From the IMG/VR virus record IMGVR_UViG_3300028833_002727: a stretch of DNA of 41,547 nucleotides; one strand, written 5' to 3'. Shown one piece after another: positions 34,418-41,481 of this stretch. Source of the DNA: a virus. Lineage: Duplodnaviria; Heunggongvirae; Uroviricota; Caudoviricetes. The notes beneath the pieces are model-generated. The model saw nothing but the letters and a program-made list of their open reading frames with translations. It had not been told where the DNA came from and ran no database searches. Within the stretch, counting starts at the first letter, position 1, and each line of letters starts with the position of its first letter. The position numbers and the translations under genes are program-made.

Positions 34418-36058
34418 ATGATTACACAGAGTAAATATGGCAAGGGATTTGTGTCACATGACATGACTCGTCAGAAATATGGTGAGTTATATTCCTTTGC
34501 TGTATCTATTCGTAATCACAAAAACAAAGTATCACAATACGTATGCAATAACCTGTTACATTTCTTAGAATATAATAGGTATCAATTCCTAAAAGAAATG
34601 CGAACCGCATTTAATGGTGATATACCTAGTTCATTCGATGCACAAGCATATCAACAAGTATTCGATGCTTATCAAAATAAATTCGATGGTATACAACGAA
34701 AACTGAAATTTGAAAACATATTATTTGTCGGATTTGAATTTTACAAGCGTGATACCAAGAAAAATAAGAAAGGTGGTTTAAAGAAAGTTGTAACTAAGCA
34801 CAGCGATACTCCACTATCTACCTGTCTAACCTATCTCGCAAGATATGGAAATGAGAATATTGTAGAGTATATCACGAATCAACTACCAACGTGTGACAAT
34901 AAGAAACGGACGTTCTATGAAAATATACTGAGATGCTGTGATAAATTCAGTTTTAATAGACTCTATAAGTTAGCATTATCTAAACGAAATAGAACAATAT
35001 CGCATTATGCAGAACATCCAATAGAATTCAAATCCTTAACATTTAGTGGTAGAAGTAGGAAAACTAAGATAGTTGATTATAACTCGCATTACGGGTCTGT
35101 GATAAACAGTTATATTTCACTATCAGGAATTGGTAGGAAATCATTTGATATACCAGTTAAGTTTAGTAAGGAATACCATGGCAGCATGAAAGACTACTTC
35201 AAATCTAACCCTGATTATGAATACACATTGACGTTTAACGAGAAATATAAACAAATTTGTGTATATTTGTGTAAGGACGGCGAACGATACATACCACAAG
35301 CAGGAGATAACGTAATTGGTATAGACGTTAATTGCAAACACAATCTTTTCAGCCTATCTGACGAAACCACATATGATTATGATAGGAAACTCGTTAACGA
35401 CTATTGTAAATTCTGTTTGGAGGTGGATAAACTAAAAGAGAACAAAGGATACAAAGTAGGCAAACGTAAACAACAGAAACTCGATACACTAAAGGTTAAA
35501 ATTGTTAAGTCCGAACAACAACTTATCGCAAACATGTGTAAAGAACTACAAGCACAAGGTGTAAACCACATAGTGATGGAGGATTTGGATAATGGATTTG
35601 GAAAGTGTTATGTAAAAGACGCAGACAATGAGGATATAAACTATAATAGAAAGGTTAAATTCCTTGGTTTAAGCAGTTTAAAACAAGAGGTAGAACATAT
35701 TGCAAGAAAATACGATATTGCAGTATCCACTGTGCAAGCAAGTTACACAAGTAAGATGTGTCCTATTTGTGGGTGCATAGAGGACGAAAATCGTCCAAAT
35801 CAGGAAACATTTAAATGCATTGAGTGTGGATATGAATCAAACGCAGATTTCAATGCTGCAACTAATATAAAAAATAGAGTGTGTGAAGCCGTGCTTCGCA
35901 ATATGCTCTTAAAACAACTTGATAATGGTGCTTATGAACCGAGGAAACTTAAACGTGAAAAGGTAAAAGAGGTACTATTATCGTTTCGAAGAAGCCTACA
36001 GAAAAATATGGGTAGTGAATGTAGAGAATGTATTGTGAATACATTTGAATATGTTTAG
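34418..36058 (+). CDS. tnpB: TnpB RNA-guided nuclease (546 aa, long form)
   Basis: RuvC-I IGIDVN, RuvC-II IVMEDL, zinc finger CPICG...CIECG, RuvC-III NADFNAATNI; start revised to ATG 34418. Confidence 0.92.
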   Translation: MITQSKYGKGFVSHDMTRQKYGELYSFAVSIRNHKNKVSQYVCNNLLHFLEYNRYQFLKEMRTAFNGDIPSSFDAQAYQQVFDAYQNKFDGIQRKLKFENILFVGFEFYKRDTKKNKKGGLKKVVTKHSDTPLSTCLTYLARYGNENIVEYITNQLPTCDNKKRTFYENILRCCDKFSFNRLYKLALSKRNRTISHYAEHPIEFKSLTFSGRSRKTKIVDYNSHYGSVINSYISLSGIGRKSFDIPVKFSKEYHGSMKDYFKSNPDYEYTLTFNEKYKQICVYLCKDGERYIPQAGDNVIGIDVNCKHNLFSLSDETTYDYDRKLVNDYCKFCLEVDKLKENKGYKVGKRKQQKLDTLKVKIVKSEQQLIANMCKELQAQGVNHIVMEDLDNGFGKCYVKDADNEDINYNRKVKFLGLSSLKQEVEHIARKYDIAVSTVQASYTSKMCPICGCIEDENRPNQETFKCIECGYESNADFNAATNIKNRVCEAVLRNMLLKQLDNGAYEPRKLKREKVKEVLLSFRRSLQKNMGSECRECIVNTFEYV

Positions 36059-36086
36059 TTCTTCGGACATATTAGCAAGTTTGTAT
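35870..36086 (+). ncRNA. Predicted TnpB omega/reRNA (scaffold in the tnpB 3' end, guide from the right flank)
   Basis: Position inferred from TnpB biology; hairpin TGTGAAGC-CGT-GCTTCGCA at 35882-35900. The 5' boundary is a guess. Confidence 0.5.
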
Positions 36087-36272
36087 TATGGTAAATGTAC
36101 ATTCCAAGAGTTATGCGAACGTGATTTCTTAAAGGGAACATGTGAGTATGGCGTTGATACATTCTTGCGACTTTTGTTGAAACGTGGTTTGGTTAGGGAA
36201 AGCAGCAAAGGCGTTTGGAGTGCAACCAAAGAGGCAAAGAAAGAGTTAGTAAATAGAGGATATTTCGCATAA
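36051..36272 (+). CDS. 3' part of the IS-interrupted gene, with an in-frame ATG supplied by the IS right end
   Basis: MFSSS-DILASLYYGKCTFQELCER...; native N-terminus is MDKMW at 32976. Confidence 0.65.
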   Translation: MFSSSDILASLYYGKCTFQELCERDFLKGTCEYGVDTFLRLLLKRGLVRESSKGVWSATKEAKKELVNRGYFA

Positions 36273-36276
36273 GATT

Positions 36277-36447
36277 ATGAAATTATATGTAGCAAAAGAT
36301 AGTGATGGCACAGTGTGTTTATACACAAAAAAACCAGTTAGGCGCAATTACGAGACTGGCCATTATGAATACGATCCTGATGGAGGACAGTACGCAGAAG
36401 TCCCCGAATTAGTTGACGGTGAAGTTTATGAATTAAATTTTGTTTGA
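36277..36447 (+). CDS. Small hypothetical protein (56 aa), absent from the ORF track
   Basis: MKLYVAKDSDGTVCLY...; ATG 36277 to TGA 36447. Confidence 0.65.
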   Translation: MKLYVAKDSDGTVCLYTKKPVRRNYETGHYEYDPDGGQYAEVPELVDGEVYELNFV

Positions 36448-36449
36448 TT

Positions 36450-36731
36450 ATGAAAATACGACATTTAACAAAAGCACAAAAAAATAAAGTTGATAAGATT
36501 GATGCTTTATTAACACAACTACGTGTTGAGGGTGTATATCCGTATATGGAATCCGGTGCAGGTGGTGCAGGACTAACATTCATTCGTTCCAATGACGATG
36601 ATAGATGGGAGATAGGTGATGTTATCCTTTCGCCATATACCAACCGCAATTTATACGAGGAAATACAAGATAAAAAGTATCAAACTGAAGATGCCGATTT
36701 TAATAATCCGATAGATGTGTTAGGAGTGTAA
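36450..36731 (+). CDS. Hypothetical protein
   Basis: Start revised to ATG 36450. Confidence 0.7.
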   Translation: MKIRHLTKAQKNKVDKIDALLTQLRVEGVYPYMESGAGGAGLTFIRSNDDDRWEIGDVILSPYTNRNLYEEIQDKKYQTEDADFNNPIDVLGV

Positions 36732-36733
36732 TT

Positions 36734-37273
36734 ATGGATAAGGTAATTGAAAAAGGAAAAGAGTTAGCCTTTCTGTTACGTCACGATACTGACAGTTTTG
36801 AAAAAGGCTTGATAGATAAAAATGGTTGGCGCCAAGTTAGTGAGTTGGTGAAACATCACGACTACACCAAAGCGCTGCTCGACGAGATTGTTGAGACAAA
36901 TAATAAACAACGCTACGAATACGATGAACACAAAATGCGTATCCGTGCAAGACAAGGACATTCGATTCCTGTTGAAGTAGATTTAACAGAAGTTACAGAA
37001 TGTGATTTTTTGTGGCACGGTACGAGCAACAGATTCTTCGATGACATTATGCGCGATGGTTTGAAACCACAGAGCCGCTTATATGTTCACCTTTCTGGAG
37101 ATCAGGAAACAGCAAAGAACGTTGGTGAGCGTCACGGTGGTAAATTGAGAATCATCAAGATTGATGCCGCTAAGATGATTGAAGATGGTGAGAAAATTTG
37201 GATTTCAAATAATGGTGTGTATCTCGCTAAGAGCGTTGATCCAAAATATTTTATAGAAACAATTTATGGATAA
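36734..37273 (+). CDS. kptA: RNA 2'-phosphotransferase (Tpt1/KptA)
   Basis: LLRH, NNKQRY, IRARQGHS, LWHGT, YVHLS, VGERHG. Confidence 0.95.
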   Translation: MDKVIEKGKELAFLLRHDTDSFEKGLIDKNGWRQVSELVKHHDYTKALLDEIVETNNKQRYEYDEHKMRIRARQGHSIPVEVDLTEVTECDFLWHGTSNRFFDDIMRDGLKPQSRLYVHLSGDQETAKNVGERHGGKLRIIKIDAAKMIEDGEKIWISNNGVYLAKSVDPKYFIETIYG

Positions 37274-37889
37274 AAAAAATAGAAAAATGGACAAAAAAAT
37301 TCGTGTTTTGATTTTGATTGATATGCAGAATGATTTCATATCTGGTAGTTTAGCAAATCAGGAGGCACAGGCTGCAATTCCTGCAATTCTTGAAAAGATT
37401 AAAAACTTTGATGGTGACGCCATCTATTTGACTATGGATACGCATCAAAAAAATTATCTTCAAACACCTGAAGGTGAGAAATTACCTGTAGAACATTGTA
37501 TTTACGGTACGAAAGGATGGGAAATTAATGAACAGGTAAGGGATGCTGTAGAAGCACGCGAATTACTTGGCATGAAAGTGGAATATATAACAAAGCCAAC
37601 ATTTGGTTCGGTTGAACCAACTTGGGGATGTGATAAATCTCTTATAGAGTTAATTCTTGACATGGAATTGAAAGCTACGCGCGAAGATGGTAAGAAAGTT
37701 CCTATGAAGATAGAAATTTGCGGTTTCTGTACCGACATATGTACTATCTCTAATGCTTTGATTCTTAAAGCATATACATATGATTTCGCTGAAATCACCG
37801 TAGATAGCACATGTTGCGCAGGTGTTACGCCAGAGAAGCACAATGCTGCATTGGAGGTAATGAAATCTTGTCAAATTAACGTAATCTAA
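37266..37889 (+). CDS. pncA: Nicotinamidase (isochorismatase family)
   Basis: IDMQNDFISGSL, DTH, EHCIYGT.GW, KPTFGS, GFCTDIC. Confidence 0.88.
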   Translation: MDKKNRKMDKKIRVLILIDMQNDFISGSLANQEAQAAIPAILEKIKNFDGDAIYLTMDTHQKNYLQTPEGEKLPVEHCIYGTKGWEINEQVRDAVEARELLGMKVEYITKPTFGSVEPTWGCDKSLIELILDMELKATREDGKKVPMKIEICGFCTDICTISNALILKAYTYDFAEITVDSTCCAGVTPEKHNAALEVMKSCQINVI

Positions 37890-37895
37890 AAAGGT

Positions 37896-38432
37896 ATGAC
37901 AAAGGAGGAAATATCAAAAGTTCTAAAGAAAAACAACCAGGTTGTTGAAATCATAGAAGGTGGACGTTGTAATCAAATTATATACGACGTGTATATATAC
38001 AAACGTGTTCCATTTTTCTTTGGTTTGTTTAGTAGGATTAAGAAAACAACATTCCCATTCTACTTTGAAACAAAAGAGTTGGCGGAAGAGTTTTTGACTT
38101 TTTATCCTGAAATTTATCATACCGACGGCTCATATTGGGATGGCAATGACATTGATTGTTATTTTTTGACAACAGACTATTGTGAGCATGATTACGCTAT
38201 GGTAGATGCGTTTAAACAAAAAGGATATACACCGAGGCATAGTGATAAATACTTTTTGCGAACAAACGGTGTTTGGGGCGGCGTAATATGTAAAAACGCT
38301 GAATACCATACATTCGACTCATGTTGTATGGACTACAAAAAAATCTTTGATTTAGAAGGTAGTTTTAATTCAAAAGAGACTGGTAATAGGTATTACTATG
38401 AACTCACCCCGAAACAAATAACAGCAAAATAA
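37896..38432 (+). CDS. Hypothetical protein
   Basis: ORF track. Confidence 0.7.
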   Translation: MTKEEISKVLKKNNQVVEIIEGGRCNQIIYDVYIYKRVPFFFGLFSRIKKTTFPFYFETKELAEEFLTFYPEIYHTDGSYWDGNDIDCYFLTTDYCEHDYAMVDAFKQKGYTPRHSDKYFLRTNGVWGGVICKNAEYHTFDSCCMDYKKIFDLEGSFNSKETGNRYYYELTPKQITAK

Positions 38433-38445
38433 ACTTAATAATACT

Positions 38446-38868
38446 ATGGAAAAGAAATACGTAGTTTTAGTACTTAACAACCCATATGGACGTGATGATG
38501 GATTCCAGATACATCCAGCGACTGGTACTGTGTTGAACAATAAGATGTATGACACCAAGGAAGATGCTGAGAAAGCTGCTGAGGAATTACGCAAACAAGT
38601 GTCACACAGCGAGATCAGAAAACAGTTCACTATTGCTGAAGATGTATTTTGTGAATTGAGAGATTTTGTTTTACAGAATAGTTACATCAATGTGGATGGT
38701 GAAACAATCCAGTGTATCTATTCAGAGGATAAACTCATTGCCACATTCATGGAAATGTATGGGTTTACCGATAAATATACGGCTGATGATTTCAAACACG
38801 ACGAAAAACTATATCAACGCTTAATAGGCGAGGAGCCTAAAATTAGTGTTGTAGAAGTTGGTGCGTGA
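38446..38868 (+). CDS. Hypothetical protein
   Basis: ORF track. Confidence 0.7.
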   Translation: MEKKYVVLVLNNPYGRDDGFQIHPATGTVLNNKMYDTKEDAEKAAEELRKQVSHSEIRKQFTIAEDVFCELRDFVLQNSYINVDGETIQCIYSEDKLIATFMEMYGFTDKYTADDFKHDEKLYQRLIGEEPKISVVEVGA

Positions 38869-39149
38869 TGGAAAACATACGTAACTATATTATTCTCACC
38901 GCTCCGTATCTGACAATGTACGATACGGAGTTGTCAGAGATAGCAAAGAAATGGGATATTGATTGGTGTACTTTTGAAGAGTTCAAATTGCACGCGTATA
39001 AAATGTGGAAATTGAACCAGGAAAATTTCAAACCTGGTTGTGGTATGAATTTCCAACGTTTTTTCAATATGCAAATGGTACTACTTAGAGAGACACCAAT
39101 ATATTTCAAATTCGCTATGAAGAAAGTAAAACAAAAAAAATATGAGTAG
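38868..39149 (+). CDS. Hypothetical protein
   Basis: TGATG coupling to the previous gene. Confidence 0.65.
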   Translation: MENIRNYIILTAPYLTMYDTELSEIAKKWDIDWCTFEEFKLHAYKMWKLNQENFKPGCGMNFQRFFNMQMVLLRETPIYFKFAMKKVKQKKYE

Positions 39150-39462
39150 AAGAGAGCCAAAACATCTTCATGTTGATAGAAGTACAGTACATTGTAGAGA
39201 ATTTAACGATTTTATTATTCTACATACAGAAACGAGCACTGATGTCACACCAGATGGTGATTTCATGTATGAAACACGAGAAATAGCGGTGTTAGCAAAA
39301 AATATTTACAAAGTATGTTGTTGTGAAGACAATGTGAAAATATATCATGTACAAAATTCGGCTTCTGACTACATATACGTAATTGACGATTTTTATGAAA
39401 TCCTAAGTACGGTGCATCAAATTGTTCATAAACAAAATAATGAAAATAATCAGACAACATAA
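39142..39462 (+). CDS. Hypothetical protein
   Basis: ORF track. Confidence 0.65.
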   Translation: MSRREPKHLHVDRSTVHCREFNDFIILHTETSTDVTPDGDFMYETREIAVLAKNIYKVCCCEDNVKIYHVQNSASDYIYVIDDFYEILSTVHQIVHKQNNENNQTT

Positions 39463-39476
39463 ACACTATGTGAGAA

Positions 39477-40250
39477 ATGAAAGTAAACAACGAACATTAT
39501 GTATCATGCGAAATAGGTAAATACCTACAAGAACTTGGTTTTGCATGGGAATGCAGATACTACTATATTCCAGGTAACGATAAATTATTGGAATATAAAG
39601 ATACTGAAAAAGAGCACATTTTAGTGCTGCGTAACAAATTCAAACATATTCTTATACCAACTTTGTCTATGGCGCAAGCATGGTTAAGGGATGTGAAGAA
39701 ATGTGATATTACCGTATATCACGATATTAAAATTGGTGGATACACTGTTACGTTGTATATTGCTGGCAACACGTTCGAACGCGTATATGATGGAGAACAT
39801 TACAATGGTGAGAATGATATAGTATTCAAAACCTATGAAGATGCACAAGAGGCTGGTATTGCTAAAACAATTGGTGTGTTGCTTGAAATAGAGAGAATGA
39901 AAAAAAATCCGATTGATACTCGCAAGTGCCCACAAAATGATTTTGTGACATTCTACTACCCGGACGGAAGTGAGATTATCAAAACTAATGATGACATCAT
40001 GTTCAACTACGTACGAAATGAAATTCGTAAAAAGAAATATTCGGGTTGTTATCTTATCACCCAACGTGGATTGAATAAGATTAAAATTGATAGGTATGGT
40101 AATTTAGAGTCCTGGCCTGAGCACCTGTTTAGCGCAAATTTGAAAATCCTCGAAGAGTTAACAGGTGATGAGCAAATGAAAAAACAAAAACAAGACGATC
40201 TTGATTGGTTGCTTGGTGATAAACGTACACCATGTCCGGCTTATTTGTAA
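39477..40250 (+). CDS. Hypothetical protein (probably two domains)
   Basis: ORF track; PTLSMAQAWLR and YEDAQEAGI pattern of small Bacteroidota-phage proteins (recalled, unverified). Confidence 0.7.
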   Translation: MKVNNEHYVSCEIGKYLQELGFAWECRYYYIPGNDKLLEYKDTEKEHILVLRNKFKHILIPTLSMAQAWLRDVKKCDITVYHDIKIGGYTVTLYIAGNTFERVYDGEHYNGENDIVFKTYEDAQEAGIAKTIGVLLEIERMKKNPIDTRKCPQNDFVTFYYPDGSEIIKTNDDIMFNYVRNEIRKKKYSGCYLITQRGLNKIKIDRYGNLESWPEHLFSANLKILEELTGDEQMKKQKQDDLDWLLGDKRTPCPAYL

Positions 40251-40252
40251 TT

Positions 40253-40402
40253 ATGGCAAGTCAAAACAAAAAAAATAAACAAGTAAACGCCTATGCTTAT
40301 AAAACAGTGTTAAAGCATAAAGGTGGACATTTAAAAGGTTTATTGTTCTTTACATCATCGCAAAGACAAGCAAACAAAAAATTTGGTGTTGAAGAAGAAT
40401 AA
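40253..40402 (+). CDS. Small basic hypothetical protein (49 aa), absent from the ORF track
   Basis: ATG 40253 to TAA 40402. Confidence 0.5.
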   Translation: MASQNKKNKQVNAYAYKTVLKHKGGHLKGLLFFTSSQRQANKKFGVEEE

Positions 40403-40413
40403 TTTGCGAAATA

Positions 40414-40447
40414 TTTGGTTATTTGAAAAATTATTACTACCTTTGCA
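40414..40447 (+). promoter_or_regulatory. Bacteroidota primary-sigma promoter
   Basis: TTTG 40414-40417, 20-nt spacer, TACCTTTG 40438-40445. Confidence 0.85.
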
Positions 40448-40472
40448 CCAGATTTACAAAAAGGAGATTGAT

Positions 40473-40733
40473 ATGAGACTACAACGAATGTTATTTCAAA
40501 ACCCATCGTTTGTACCAGGGTACGATGATGAGCCTGAAGTATTTAGCCACGTGTGTGTTGTAAATGAAGTACAAGCAGGTGGTGAATATACATTATGTGG
40601 ATGTGCAATACCAGACTCAAATTTGGATATTGAATGTTGGGAGGCAGATGGTGATGAATTTGACGGGAAACTGAAAGATGTTACCTGTCCGGCATGTCAA
40701 AGATTTATTAAATATGTTAAATCATTAAAATAA
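40473..40733 (+). CDS. Small Cys-rich putative zinc-binding protein
   Basis: HVC, TLCGC, VTCPAC; start revised to ATG 40473. Confidence 0.7.
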   Translation: MRLQRMLFQNPSFVPGYDDEPEVFSHVCVVNEVQAGGEYTLCGCAIPDSNLDIECWEADGDEFDGKLKDVTCPACQRFIKYVKSLK

Positions 40734-40740
40734 TAACAAT

Positions 40741-40935
40741 ATGAAGTTACAATTTTCCGATACACTATCTGAATGTAGAGGTGGCGAATTGTTAGGTGTT
40801 ATACAAACATCAAGAAATGCAACACACCTTGTAGTACTCAAAGAGAATGGAGATATTGAAACATTCGATATTGATTACATTCACAAATGCAAGGTTGTCA
40901 CTGAAGAGCCAACCCAGGAGAAAAAACATAGATAA
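40741..40935 (+). CDS. Hypothetical protein
   Basis: ORF track. Confidence 0.65.
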   Translation: MKLQFSDTLSECRGGELLGVIQTSRNATHLVVLKENGDIETFDIDYIHKCKVVTEEPTQEKKHR

Positions 40936-40938
40936 TTT

Positions 40939-41427
40939 ATGAGTAGAGAAGACGAAATGAAAGTAGGCGAATTTACATTATGTAAGTTTAATGTGTTCTG
41001 CGGGCAAAACGTACATAAGTTCAATGAGTTTATCCGGTCACTTAATGAGCGTGGTAATTGTTTCGTGCTCAGCGGAATGTTTACGTCGCTGGATGACCTG
41101 GTGCGCAAGTTGGAAAAGCACCGCGTGAACAGGTATCTCCATGAGAACCGAAACCCAGAAATTCTTCAAGTTATTGTTATCAAACATTTCATGGAGAATA
41201 TAAGTCGGCATGACTTTCCGAAAATTCTTGAATATCTCCATAATAAATTCCCGGAGATAACGTTCGTCGTATGGACGCAGAACGAACACGCTATACAGGC
41301 GTGCGCGGCATACTATCAAGATGATATGCGGCTGTTCCGACTCGACATTACAGGGAAAGAGGTTACGGAGTATATAAATTTCAAAAGCATTTGCTTTGCT
41401 GTTGAAAATAATTTGTGGCTGAGCTAG
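40939..41427 (+). CDS. Hypothetical protein resembling a miniaturised, degenerate ABC/AAA_15-type ATPase
   Basis: FNVFCGQNVHK near the N-terminus and FPEITFVVWTQN near the C-terminus. The CDS is solid; the family call is inference. Confidence 0.6.
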   Translation: MSREDEMKVGEFTLCKFNVFCGQNVHKFNEFIRSLNERGNCFVLSGMFTSLDDLVRKLEKHRVNRYLHENRNPEILQVIVIKHFMENISRHDFPKILEYLHNKFPEITFVVWTQNEHAIQACAAYYQDDMRLFRLDITGKEVTEYINFKSICFAVENNLWLS

Positions 41428-41481
41428 GTTTGACACATTTTTTGTAGTAGTAAAAGTGTAGCCAATAAAAAATTGAATAAT

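Larger units (their letters stand above)
32990..36066 (+). mobile_element. IS607-family element with four ORFs (76-aa ORF, tnpA, cargo, tnpB)
   Basis: Serine-recombinase tnpA plus tnpB. GG cores at 32990-32991 and 36065-36066; joining them restores an intact 73-aa ORF. No target-site duplication beyond the core. Confidence 0.85.

Noticed and set aside
34418-36300. TnpB as a Cas12f of a CRISPR system
   Set aside because: No repeat-spacer array or cas1/cas2 is visible, and the gene sits in an IS607 context with tnpA.
47-41436. Minus-strand and nested ORFs in the six-frame track
   Set aside because: They overlap well-supported + strand genes, carry no motifs and lack leaders or promoters, so they are treated as shadow ORFs.
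41430-41458. E. coli-type sigma70 promoter (TTGACA)
   Set aside because: No TATAAT-like box at 16-18 nt spacing, and the genome otherwise uses Bacteroidota-type promoters.
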